A DNA stretch of 64,000 nt, taken from Haliotis rufescens (lineage: Eukaryota). Made by a program: the position numbers and the translations under genes. The DNA lies in NCBI RefSeq assembly GCF_023055435.1, contig NW_025963824.1, positions 25,110,001 to 25,174,000 of the forward strand, written 5' to 3'. Below, in pieces: positions 1 through 13,337 of this stretch (position 1 is the stretch's first letter; the number at the start of each line of letters is the position of its first letter). The notes beneath the pieces are model-generated. The model was not told the origin of the DNA. It made no database searches and saw nothing but the letters and a program-made list of their open reading frames with translations.

Positions 1-1394
1 GCCCACTTGGGACCAGGTTAAAAAATGGAACATTTATATGGCGCGGAGATAAGAAAAGTGTATGTATGCATGACATATATACATGAAAACATGAAAGAAA
101 TGGAAACACAGGCGATAGAACCCATTCCATGTGTAGTCTTTTAGTCTTAAATATATTGACAACGTTTGGAAGATAACGATATCTGATTGTGATGTTTGCA
201 CAGATTTGAATGGCAGATACAGACTTATCTAAAATATTATGCTTATCTTAGCGGAAACATGTTAATGTTATTTTATTTTAAAATATATATGCATTTGTAT
301 GTACAAAACAACAAAACAAAAATTAAATTGTAGCCCAGAACAATCCTTAAGTTCAGGGCCGAGGCAATCTGGACAGGCCAAATCATTCCAGACTTGAGTT
401 GGACTCCTTTTTTAAATTTGGGGGATAGACCATTTTGCAGGCTTTATGACTTGGTTTAAAGGTTGATTAAATCAGTCTGAGAAGTATGTTCATGTGTATC
501 AGCATCCCCATTAACAGATTACAGCTGCCAAAATATCTCATGTTATGCTCACGTTTAGGGTCTTAACGCTTGATTGTAAATCACACGCGGCGGTTTGTAA
601 TGCGTCTTTATGAAGAGATCCTTCTTTGATCCCCGCCGACAGAAATAGGCTAATTAACTCTACATCTTTGTTCTGTAAGTGTCTGTTAACGAACGGATGC
701 AGACTACTGACGGATATCGGATATCGGATGACTGTTGACTGCCTGTGGGTTGTACAACGCCGTGACACTATCTCTTCATGTCCACCTGTATTTTTAATAA
801 TAGATAGATAGTCCTGCACTATGACCGTGGAATTTATATTTTTTAGGTATTTCTTTTTTACTAAAAGCCTAGGCAAGTCTCGATCAAACTAACCAAGTCT
901 AGTTTGCTTGATTCCACAGCAGAAGAGGAAAGGTTCTTTCGAAGGAAAAAACATATTTTAAAGACATGTTTTCATTAACTAAGTGTTAGTCTCATAGATA
1001 GATATATCATCTTTATTTTCCCCAAGTTTATGAAGATATATTGATAATAGATATAACGGTATTTTACAAATGTATATATAACAGGGGATATATTGTATGT
1101 ACAGGCAGTTTCACATCGTTGTCATATAAAATTACTGAAGAGGTTTTTCCACCTTTTAACAGTTTTACATACAAGAGTCATTATTTTAGTCCAGAAGTTT
1201 CTGTTGGAAGAACTTTCTGTTGGAAAGCCGCCAAGTGAAAAGGACAGAAAACTATCATCATCATCATCATCATCATCGTCGTCGTTCCAGAGGCTAGAAA
1301 AAGTTGTTCTAGTAGATCAATAATAGACTCACCGTCTGTGGGTTGTAACTTTCCGTGACTCTGTCTCTTCATGTATTTCTAATGTGATTTCCGT

Positions 1395-1740
1395 TCCGTC
1401 GTATGTCGTAATGTTGTCAGCGTCTCCCTTAGTGATGCTGTTGGCTTTTCCAGTCGTAATGTTGTCGGCCATACCGTCGCGATGCTGTTGACGTCTCCTG
1501 TCGTAATGTTGTCGGCGTCTCCCTTCGTAATGCGGTTTTCGTCTCCAGTCGTGATGCTGTTTGGCGTCTCTCGTCGAAATGTTGTCGGCCTTACTGTCGT
1601 GATGCTTTTGGCGTCACTCGTCGAAATGTCGCCGATGTCTCCCGTCGTAATGTCGCCGATGTCTCCCGTCGTAATGTCGCCGTATTGTTCCTGACGCCCC
1701 CGTCGTGGAGTTGCCTTGATCTCCCGTCGTGATGCCTGCA
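1395..1740. repeat. Degenerate 24-bp tandem repeat
   Basis: GCCGATGTCTCCCGTCGTAATGTC and variants. Confidence 0.8.
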
Positions 1741-2328
1741 TGCGCCCCCTGTCGTGACGTCGATATCGCTTGCACGCGCTTTAGCGATGCAATTTCGGCC
1801 GAAAAAGTAGTGAGTTTCCTATCTTATATTAAAGGTTGGCCACGATCTAACTTTCCAACATCTGTAGCCAGCTGGTGTTATCGGTTTTGTCATGAGGCAG
1901 GGGGTCCCTTGTTTCTGTGTATCAATTAGCCCTGTCAACTCCAGGAACGTCACTCCTTAATATAGTGTGGTCCCGTTCTGGGTTTTTGCTACCATCAAGA
2001 AGCAAGTTTGATGACTATGTAATGAATTACAACTTAAAAAACAAAAAATTGAATTCTTAATCGCATACTCAATACTAACTATAGACTATATGTAAAATTG
2101 TCACTTATAAAACCAATGTGTACTTCTCTAATCAAGTTATGGATATTGATTATACCTCTATACAGACTATTGTGTTCCCGTTTGACTATTTAGGAAACAA
2201 TATGACGCAAGAAGTCTTTAAGTTGATTATCTTAATCTCCATCCAACCCCATTTGAATCCCATACCAAAAACCGATGCCAGACGGGTCCAGCATTCCAGG
2301 AGACAGTGTGATGACAAGCTGAAGAGAT

Positions 2329-2693
2329 AGGTGAGGGGAGGTGAAATTTGATATAACGTCGCGTCCAAGATTATTGCACATACATAGTGACGTACATGCA
2401 CGCGTGTGTGTGTGTGTGTGTGTGTGTGGCTGCTTGTACTAGTCCGGACTGATGCCGATTTATAGTGACAGCTCACTGAGATACCATGCCGCAGTTTAAC
2501 GTGAATACCCTACACAGACACTGTATACTTACTCCGAGCCGACCAGTTCTTGTTTAAGCCCCTTTATGCCGAGCGCCAGACAGGGTAACAACAAGTACCA
2601 TCTTTTAACGTCTATTGGTATGACCCGGCCGGGGATCGAACCCCGGACCTTCCGTCCGGGCGGACGCTCTACCACTAGACCACGGATGCGGTC
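2329..2693 (-). mobile_element. tRNA-derived SINE family B (Meta/MESC-like central domain), full length
   Basis: Head GACCGCATCCGTGGTCTAGTGGTAGAGCG...GGTTCGATCCC, central GGGTCATACCAA...ATGGTACTTGTTG...GGCGCTCGGCA, internal (CA)n; 10-bp TSD CTGAAGAGAT. Confidence 0.9.
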
Positions 2694-3284
2694 CTGAAGA
2701 GATGTGACCGATCACACTCAGTAGAGGGGAGTAACCTAAGCTAACCTAACACGACACTCGTGGTCGGCCTTGAGGGTCAGTAAGCACCGGTCGCTTCTGG
2801 TAATATACCCGAGGTCCGACTTCGAAGAGAGCACTTTGTTTCCCTGATGAAGTGAATCCCGGCTGATGGGCGCCTGGTGACTGGTGTTATCTGGGTAAGG
2901 AGCAAATATGTTTGAGAAGATAAACCATGTGTGTGGTTTTGTTAGCAGACAACGCTCTTCTCGTGAGGCCACAACACACTGATTTGTTGCTTCTGTTTTC
3001 CTTTGTGTTGGAGGAGGGGAGCCACTCTCCTAACCATGAAAAAGGAGTGGAAGCATATGACGGTGCGTGTTGCTGAGATCGTATCCCGTTTATAATCAGG
3101 TTGTTTTTCAGACTATGGACCAATAGTGTTTCCAGGTCTTTACAGTGTTGTCACATGACATTCACCCTGTGCACCCCAACAGAACCAGCTCCGATGGTCG
3201 ATGACCAGATGTTGGAAACACCACGGACCTATGTACAAGTCCGTGGAAACACGATAGGTTCATACACCCGAAACACAGGTGTCG

Positions 3285-3564
3285 AAACATGTGTTCGTGT
3301 CTGTGTTGATGTGTGTGTTGGTGTGTGTGTGCGCGCGCGCGCGTTCGTGCGCGTGTGTGTGTGCGTTCGTGCGTGTGTGTTGGTGTGTGTGTGCGTTCGT
3401 GCGTGTGTGTGCGTGCGCGCGCCCGTTCGTGTGTGTGTGTGTGTGCGTGCGTGCGCGCGTTCGTGTGTGTCTGTCTGTGTGTGCGTGCGCGCGCCCGTTC
3501 GTGTGTGTGTGTGTGTGCGTGCGTGCGCGCGTTCGTGTGTGTCTGTCTGTGTGTGCGTGCGCGT

Positions 3565-3636
<72 letters not shown>

Positions 3637-3845
3637 CTTGTACTAGTCCGGATGTTATTCCGGTTCCATAGTGCTAGCTCACTGAGATACCAGTTTACCG
3701 TAGATACCCGACTCAGACACAGTATTATGTCTCCGAACCGACCAATCCGCGTTTACCCCCCTTAGTGCCGAGGATCAGGCAGGATAACAAGAAATACCAA
3801 ATTTCACTATATTTTGGTATGACGCGGCAAGGTGAACGAACCACA
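3285..3845 (-). mobile_element. SINE family B with a greatly expanded internal GT/GC microsatellite
   Basis: 3635-3845 matches family B; 3285-3634 is a compound (GT)n/(GC)n tract at the position of the family's (CA)n. Confidence 0.8.
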
Positions 3846-5150
3846 GCAGATACAAAGAAGATATTTAGAAAACTATTCGCAGAATACAAAAAAACTCAAT
3901 TTCATCTTCTTTTAAACTTTTATCTTCACCTTTCTGGATAATCACGATTTAACAGACCAAACTGTCATTTACAGATATAACATAACGACATCGTCAAGCC
4001 AGCACCGAAACAAAAACACGCCCTCTACGATGTCCGCGTTATAACGAGGTAACCGAGCGTTGGCGCAACTGTCGCATCTAATTACAATCGCAATAATCGC
4101 ATCTCTGTTTCACCCTGAAAGCAATGAGGCACCGTCTGTGGAGTCCAAAGGTTGCTTGACGAACACAGCTGGATATGTTCCCAATAACGACAGCTACAGT
4201 GTCGAAATCATGGAGTATTCCTCAACAGGTCTGAGAGTCTTTAAAAACATGGTATGGGATTTGTAAAGGATAACACTGCCGATCGACGGGCATCATGGGT
4301 GTTCTTAAACCTGTGGCCGTGAGGACGTTGCGCTGCCGTGCGTGTGAGTATATGTTTGTGTTGTGGTCGTTCCTTTCTTCGTGGGAAGGGTTGATCTGTG
4401 TGTTTACACCAGGTTCCAGTTGAGTGACTGTTGGTTCATGAAGCTGTCGTAAAGCGGCTTTTGTTGCTAGTCCATATTTACAATTCATGGCTGTAGTTTT
4501 AACATACTGGACGGCGGTTTTATTTGTTTATTGTTTTCAGTGATTTGTGTGAAAGTTGTAACAATTCTGCGTTTCATTCCACGTTTTGTTTACAACCATC
4601 CTATCCCTATTAATTTCATACCAACATCATATTTCATATCACGCCAATCTTATTCAAACGCCACACCATTATAAGCTTGATATCAGAACAATACAACGCC
4701 ACACCACTCAACAACACAACACAACACAACATAACCATCACAACACAATGGACACACACAAACACACACACACAATCATACAGACACACAAACAAACAAA
4801 CATACACACAAACACACACATACACACACAACGCCAAACTACCCAAACCCCGCCCCCGCCCCCATCCCCCACCCCCGCCCCCATCCCCCACCCCCAGCCC
4901 CAACCCCAACCCCCGCCCCGACACATACACATCACAGATCTGATTTTACAAAAGATGCGAGAGAGTCCTACAGGCCAGTACGCTGACTAACCTGCCCGCA
5001 TTCCTGTATAACAAGCGAGTGAGTGTCCGGAAGAATGTCATAACAGAGACGAGCGTGCTCATCCTCTGGTTGTGTGAACTGTTTAAAAATGATTCTATAT
5101 GTCATAACTCTCTCCTCGCCGGCTGCCTGCCCTACTTCGGGTAATCCTAC

Positions 5151-5822
5151 TACGCGGGATTCGGGGGTCTATTTAGAGGGGATTCAGAACTCTTCAGTGT
5201 GGTACGCGGGATTCGGGGCTCTATTAAAGGGGATTCAGGACTCTTCAGTGTGGTACGCGGGATTCGGGGCTCTATTTAGAGGGGATTCAGGACTCTTCAG
5301 TGTGGTACGCGGGATTCGGGGGTCTATTTAGAGGGGATTCAGAACTCTTCAGTGTGGTACGCGGGATTCGGGGGTCTATTTAGAGGGGATTCAGAACTCT
5401 TCAGTGTGGTACGCGGGATTCGGGGCTCTATTTAGAGGGGATTCAGAACTCTTCAGTGTGGTACGCGGGATTCGGGGCTCTATTTAGAGGGGATTCAGGA
5501 CTCTTCAGTGTGGTACGCGGGATTCGGGGCTCTATTTAGAGGGGATTCAGAACTCTTCAGTGTGGTACGCGGGATTCGGGGCTCTATTTAGAGGGGATTC
5601 AGAACTCTTCAGTGTGGTACGCGGGATTCGGGGGTCTATTTAGAGGGGATTCAGAACTCTTCAGTGTGGTACGCGGGATTCGGGGCTCTATTTAGAGGGG
5701 ATTCAGAACTCTTCAGTGTGGTACGCGGGATTCGGGGCTCTATTTAGAGGGGATTCAGAACTCTTCAGTGTGGTACGCGGGATTCGGGGCTCTATTTAGA
5801 GGGGATTCAGGACTCTTCAGTG
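5151..5822. repeat. 52-bp minisatellite, ~13 units
   Basis: TACGCGGGATTCGGGGSTCTATTTAGAGGGGATTCAGRACTCTTCAGTGTGG. Confidence 0.95.
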
Positions 5823-6331
5823 GGACGCACAAATAATTCAACGATTCAACATTTAAAACAATCATTTATGTTTTTGAATTTTGTCGATGTTCTTTCACTA
5901 ATATAACTTCAAATCTCACCCTTTTATGACCTGGGAACCTGGTCTTTGGTTTAGGTCAGGGGTCGACATTCCGCCTTCGTATATTGAATTATGACATATG
6001 CTTTTGAAATTAGTATTTGGGGTAGGGAGCAATGAGGGTGAAATAAATACATGGTATTCGGAATTCAGGGGAGAAGTGTGTTAAACGCTTACTACATCAT
6101 GTGTTCGTGTAACGGTATTTAAAGGGTGGGGATAGATGTGTGTGTAGTTTTGGTTAACATCAACAAAGGCACATCCCGTTAGATGTGAGATAAGATAAGA
6201 TAAGATAAATGCGTTCTACACAACACTGTTCACTGTACAGATGTATGGATACATTAGGTTACACTGTTGAGATGAAGTATCCAGCATGTCCCTCAGTGAT
6301 GTGGATTTTGCACTATATAAATAGCCTGAGT

Positions 6332-6332
6332 G

Positions 6333-6387
<55 letters not shown>

Positions 6388-6388
6388 C
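6332..6388. repeat. (AGT)n microsatellite; others at 1254-1285 (TCA), 21660-21705 (TTTA), 40797-40870 (CT/AT), 62820-62873 (CT) and 63073-63147 (CT/CA)
   Basis: Direct inspection. Confidence 0.95.
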
Positions 6389-6404
6389 TGCAGCAGCAGC
6401 ATCA

Positions 6405-9400
6405 GTATGGACAAATCACGTTACACTGTAGAGATAAAGTATGGATTCACCACGTTACACTGTAGAGATGAAGTATGAATACATCACGTTACACTGTAGA
6501 GATGAAGTATGGATACATCACATTACAATGTAGAGATGAATTATGGATACATCACGTTACACTGTAGACATGAAGTATGGATACATCACGTTACACTAAA
6601 GAGATGAAGTATGAATACATCACGTTACACTGTAGAGATTAAGTATGAATATATTACGTTACACTGTAGACATGAAGTATGAATATATTACGTTACACTG
6701 TAGACATGAAGTATGAATACATCACATTACACTGTAGAGATGACGTGTGAATACATCTCGTTACACTGTAGCGATAAAGTATGGATACATCACGTTACAC
6801 TGTAGAGATGAAGTATGAATATATTACGTTACACTGTAGAGATGAAGTATGAATATATTACGTTACACTGTAGACATGAAGTATGGATACATCACGTTAC
6901 ACTGTAGAAATGAAGTATGGATACATCAAGTTACACTGTACACATGAAGTATAGATACATCACGTTACACTGTAGACATGAAGTATGGATACATCACGTT
7001 ACACTGTAGAGATGAAGTATGGATACATCACGTTACACTGTAGACATGAAGTATGAATACATCACGTTACACTGTAGACATGAAGTATGAATATATTTCG
7101 TTACACTATAGAGATAAAGTATGAATATATCATGTTACACTGTAGCGATGAAGTATGAATACATCACGTTACACTGTAGACATGAAGTATGAATATATTA
7201 CGTTACACTTTAGACATGAAGTATGAATATATTACGTTACACTGTAGACATGAAGTATGAATACATCACATTACACTGTAGAGATGACGTGTGAATACAT
7301 CTCGTTACACTGTAGCGATGAAGTATGGATACATCACGTTACACTGTAGAGATGAAGTATGAATACATCACATTACACTGTAGAGATGAAGTATGGATAC
7401 ATCACATTACACTGTAGACATGAAGTATGGATACATCACGTTACACTGTAGAGATGAAGTATGGATACATCACGTTACACTGTAGACATGAAGTATGGAT
7501 ACATCACGTTACACTAAAGAGATGAAGTATGAATACATCACGTTACACTGTAGAGATGAAGTATGGATACATCACATTACAATGTAGAGATGAATTATGG
7601 ATACATCACGTTACACTGTAGACATGAAGTATGGATACATCACGTTACACTAAAGAGATGAAGTATGAATACATCACGTTACACTGTAGAGATTAAGTAT
7701 GAATATATTACGTTACACTGTAGACATGAAGTATGAATATATTACGTTACACTGTAGACATGAAGTATGAATACATCACATTACACTGTAGAGATGACGT
7801 GTGAATACATCTCGTTACACTGTAGCGATAAAGTATGGATACATCACGTTACACTGTAGAGATGAAGTATGAATATATTACGTTACACTGTAGAGATGAA
7901 GTATGAATATATTACGTTACACTGTAGACATGAAGTATGGATACATCACGTTACACTGTAGAAATGAAGTATGGATACATCAAGTTACACTGTACACATG
8001 AAGTATAGATACATCACGTTACACTGTAGACATGAAGTATGGATACATCACGTTACACTGTAGAGATGAAGTATGGATACATCACGTTACACTGTAGACA
8101 TGAAGTATGGATACATCACGTTACACTGTAGACATGAAGTATGAATATATTTCGTTACACTATAGAGATAAAGTATGAATATATCATGTTACACTGTAGC
8201 GATGAAGTATGAATACATCACGTTACACTGTAGACATGAAGTATGAATATATTACGTTACACTTTAGACATGAAGTATGAATATATTACGTTACACTGTA
8301 GACATGAAGTATGAATACATCACATTACACTGTAGAGATGACGTGTGAATACATCTCGTTACACTGTAGCGATGAAGTATGGATACATCACGTTACACTG
8401 TAGAGATGAAGTATGAATACATCACATTACACTGTAGAGATGAAGTATGGATACATCACATTACACTGTAGACATGAAGTATGGATACATCACGTTACAC
8501 TGTAGAGATGAAGTATGGATACATCACGTTACACTGTAGACATGAAGTATGGATACATCACGTTACACTAAAGAGATGAAGTATGAATACATCACGTTAC
8601 ACTGTAGACATGAAGTATGGATACATCACGTTACACTAAAGAGATGAGGTATGAATATATCACGTTACACTGTAGCGATGAAGTATGGATACATCACGTT
8701 ACACTGTAGAGATTAAGTATGCATACATCACGTTACACTGTGGCGATGAAGTATGCATACATCACGTTACACTGTAGAGATGAAGTATGGCTACATCACG
8801 TTACACTATAGAGATGAAGTATGAAAACATCACATTACACTGTAGACGTGAAGTATGGATACATCACGTTACACTGTGGCGATGAAGTATGGCTACATCA
8901 CGTTACACTATAGAGATGAAGTATGGCTACATCACGTTACACTATAGAGATGAAGTATGAAAACATCACATTACACTGTAGAGATGAAGTATGGCTACAT
9001 CTCGTTACACTGTAGCGATGAAGTATGGATACATCACGTTACACTGTAGACATGAAGTATGGATACATCACATTACACTGTAGCGATGAAGTATGGATAT
9101 ATCACTTTACACTGTAGCCATGAAGTATGGATATATCACGTTACACTGTAGACATGAAGTATGGATACATCACGTTACACTGTAGCGATGAAGTATGGAT
9201 ACATCATGTTACTCTGTAGACATGAAGTATGGATACATCACATTACACTGTAGCGATGAAGTATGAATACATCACGTTACACTGTAGACATGAAGTATGG
9301 ATACATCACGTTACACTGTAGAGATGACGTGTGAATACATCTCGTTACACTGTAGCGATAAAGTATGGATACATCACGTTACACTGTAGAGATGAAGTAT

Positions 9401-11897
9401 GGATACATCACGTTACACTGTAGAGATGAAGTATGGATACATCACATTACACTGTAGCGATGAAGTATGGATACATCACTTTACACTATAGAGATGAAGT
9501 ATGGATACATCACGTTACACTGTAGACATGAAGTATGGACACATCACGTTACACTGTAGAGATGAAGTATGGATACATCACGTTACACTGTAGACATGAA
9601 GTATGGATACATCACATTACACTGTAGCGATGAAGTATGGATACATCACTTTACACTGTAGACATGAAGTATGGATACATCACATTACGATGTAGACATG
9701 AAGTATGGACACATCACGTTACACTGTAGAGATGAAGTATGGATACATCACGTTATACTGTAGACATGAAGTATGGATACATCACATTACACTGTAGCGA
9801 TGAAGTATGGATACATCACATTACACTGTAGAGATGAAGTATGGACACATCACGTTACACTGGAGACATGAAGTATGGATACATCACGTTACACTGTAGA
9901 GATGAAGTATGGATACATCACGTTATACTGTAGACATGAAGTATGGATACATCACATTACACTGTAGCGATGAAGTATGGATACATCACATTACACTGTA
10001 GAGATGAAGTATGGACACATCACGTTACACTGGAGACATGAAGTATGGATACATCACGTTACACTGTAGACATGAAGTATGGATACATCACTTTACACTG
10101 TAGACATGAAGTATGGATACATCACATTACACTGTAGACATGAAGTATGGACACATCACGTTACACTGTAGAGATGAAGTATGGATACATCACATTACAC
10201 TGTAGCGATGAAGTATGGATACATCACATTACACTGTAGCAATGAAGTATAAATACATCACGTTACACTGTAGACATGAAGTATGGATACATCACGTTAC
10301 ACTGTAGAGATGAAGTATTGATACATCACGTTACACTGTAGACATGAAGTATGGATACATCACTTTACACTGTAGACATGAAGTATGGATACATCACTTT
10401 ACACTGTAGCGATGAAGTATGGATATATCACGTTACACTGTAGACATGAAGTATGGATACATCACTTTACACTGTAGCGATGAAGTATGGATATATCACT
10501 TTACACTGTAGAGATGAAGTATGGATACATCATGTAACACTGTAGACATGAAGTATGGACACATCACGTTACACTGTAGCGATGAAGTATGGATACATCA
10601 CTTTACACTGTAGACATGAAGTATGGATACATCATGTAACACTGTAGACATGAAGTATGGATACATCACGTTACACTGTAGAGATGAAGTATGGATACAT
10701 CACGTTACACTGTAGAGATGAAGTATGAATATATTACGTTACACTGTAGAGATGAAGTATGGATACATCACGTTACACTGTGGAGATGAAGTATGGATAC
10801 ATCACTTTACACGGTAGACATGAAGTATGGATACATCACATTATACTGTAGAGATGAAGTATGGACACATCACGTTACACTGTAGACATGAAGTATGGAT
10901 ACATCACGTTACACTGTAGACATGAAGTATGGATACATCACATTACACTGTAGCGATGAAGTATGGATACATCACTTTACACTGTAGACATGAAGTATGG
11001 ATACATCACTTTACACTGTAGACATGAAGTATGGATACATCACTTTACACTGTAGCGATGAAGTATGGATATATCATTTTACACTGTAGACATGAAGTAT
11101 GGACACATCACGTTACACTGTAGAGATGAAGTATGGACACATCACGTTACACTGTAGACATGAAGTATGGATACATCACGTTACACTGTAGCGATGAAGT
11201 ATGGATACATCACGTTACACTGTAGACATGAAGTATGGATACATCACATTACACTGTAGACATGAAGTATGGATACATCACGTTACACTGTAGCGATGAA
11301 GTATGGATACATCACGTTACACTGTAGCGATGAAGTATGGATACATCACGTTACACTGTAGACATGAAGTATGGATTGATCACGTTACACTGTAGCGATG
11401 AAGTATGGATACATCACGTTACACTGTAGACATGAAGTATGGATTCATCACGTTACACTGTAACGATGAAGTATGGATACATCACGTTACACTGTAGACA
11501 TGAAGTATGGATACATCACGTTACACTGTAGACATAAGGTATGGATACATCACGTTACACTGTAGACATGAAGTATGGATACATCACGTTACACTGTAGA
11601 GATGAAGTATGGATACATCACGTTACACTGTAGACATGAAGTATGGATACAATACGTTACACTGTAGAGATGAAGTATGGATACATCACGTTACACTGTA
11701 GACATGAAGTATGGATACATTACGTTACACTGTAGAGATGAAGTATGGACACATCACGTTACACTGTAGAGATGAAGTATGGATATATGACTTTACACTG
11801 TAGCGATGAAGTATGGATACATCACTTTACACTGTAGAGATGAAGTATGGATACATCACGTTACACTGTAGAGATTAAGTATGGATACATTACGTTG
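6405..11897. repeat. 34-bp satellite, ~160 units
   Basis: GTATGGATACATCACGTTACACTGTAGASATGAA with strict 34-bp period. Confidence 0.98.
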
Positions 11898-12156
11898 CAA
11901 TGTTCGAACGCTCTATTTTTAATTTCTTTCACGAGTCAACACACCGAGCAATATGTCACCATTCGAAGGTCGGTGTTTGAATCATATGGATGCCTGACAT
12001 TTGATTTCCGCAATCCCGCCGTTAATAGCGAAATATGAACATATTTAGGAAAATTGTCAAACTGTGTATTTATACGCAGTCCTGACATCTGTAATTCAGA
12101 TTTCTTCAAATAAACATTGTGGTATTGAAGCTATATATGTGATGATACCCCCGTAT

Positions 12157-12715
12157 CGCTATGTTACCATTAGGGGTTCCATGACAAACGATGATCACCT
12201 TCCTGTCGCTATATATGTTACCATTAGGGTTTCCTTGACAACCGATGATCACCTTACTGTCGCTATGTTACCATTAGGGTTTCCTTGACAACCGATGATC
12301 ACCTCACTGTCGCTATGTTACCATTAGGGTTTCCATGACAAAAGATGATCACCTTTTTGTTGCTATGTTTGAGTTTCCTTGACGACCGATGATCACCTTA
12401 CTGTCGCTATGTTACCATTAGGATTTCCTTGACAAACGATGATCAACCACATGATTGCTATATTAGCAGTGGGGCTTCCTTGACGACCGATGAGCTTCCA
12501 CTTGCTGCTATGTTACCAGTTGTATTTCCTTGACAACCGGTGATCACCTTTCTGTAGCTATGTTACCATTAGGGTTTTCTTGACAACCGATGATCACCTA
12601 CTTGTTGCTATACTGGTAGTGGGGTTTCCTTGACAACCGATGAACTTCCACTTGTTTCCATGCAACCGGTTTGTTGCTATGTTACAAGCTTGATTTCGTT
12701 GACAACCGATGAACG
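12157..12715. repeat. ~50-bp degenerate minisatellite, ~11 units
   Basis: GCTATGTTACCATTAGGGTTTCCTTGACAACCGATGATCACCTTACTGTC. Confidence 0.9.
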
Positions 12716-12827
12716 TTCCCGTCACAATGACTCTTCAAAACCATTGCACTAATTAATCGCGCCAACCATCCTAACTATCTCACCCTACCATTTTAACTTC
12801 TTCGCCCTGTGTGTGTGTGTGTGTGTG

Positions 12828-12860
<33 letters not shown>

Positions 12861-12865
<5 letters not shown>

Positions 12866-13114
12866 CGTCAAAGTCGCCGCGATTCGCTGTGCAGAGTTTC
12901 TTGGGCACGCCAGAAACCTATGATTGTGGGTTCGAATCCCGGTTCCCCCCGATTATGTTTCTAGGTTTGTCAGCACCATACCCGTGCTCGTGGGTTTTAC
13001 CGAAGTCGTAAACGTCTGAGACCTGCATCACTTCGGGTTTTCCTCCCACAGTAAGCTGACACGCCGTGATATAACTGGAATACTGTTAAAAGCGGCGTTA
13101 AACCTCACTCACTC
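12861..13114 (+). mobile_element. SINE family D
   Basis: Matches the 19235 copy; GGTTCGAATCC B box. Confidence 0.85.
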
Positions 13115-13134
13115 GTCCTATGAACTCAATTACC

Positions 13135-13332
13135 TAGCCTTGCCGTAAGGCTTTACTGAAAGAAAAGTCCATGGATGTGTAGTAATTCAATCCTCCTAAC
13201 AGGCAAGTCTAGATATGTGGACAGTTTAAGGACACCAGTTTGTTATGGGGACAACTTGTTCAAATTATTTATGTAATCTAGAACTTTTTATTTAAACTAA
13301 TAATTATTGCCCTAGAGCCTTGTGCAAGTCTA
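13135..13332 (+). mobile_element. Non-autonomous TAG...CTA DNA transposon (AcademH-like), copy 1
   Basis: Ends TAGCCTTGC...GCAAGTCTA; exact 9-bp TSD TCAATTACC (13126-13134 / 13333-13341). Confidence 0.8.
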
Positions 13333-13337
13333 TCAAT

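Noticed and set aside
1379-1741. GDITTGDI repeat protein
   Set aside because: A 24-bp tandem repeat open on both strands, with no splice or homology support visible.
2840-2870. Hammerhead ribozyme core (CTGATGA), also at 17439, 34980 (reverse) and 62213
   Set aside because: No stem II followed by GAAA with matching flanking helices.
3101-3765. Cys/Val-rich ORFs of 130-181 aa
   Set aside because: They are translations of a GT/GC microsatellite.
4586-4990. His/Thr/Pro-rich ORFs
   Set aside because: Low-complexity CA- and C-rich tracts that are open in several frames.
6405-11897. CRISPR array (34-bp partly palindromic repeat)
   Set aside because: The repeats are head-to-tail with no unique spacers, there are no cas genes, and the context is eukaryotic. 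The same applies to the 52-bp and 70-bp arrays.
13201-13210. p53 response elements (AGGCAAGTCT fits RRRCWWGYYY)
   Set aside because: Only isolated half-sites, better explained as the element's own terminal motif.
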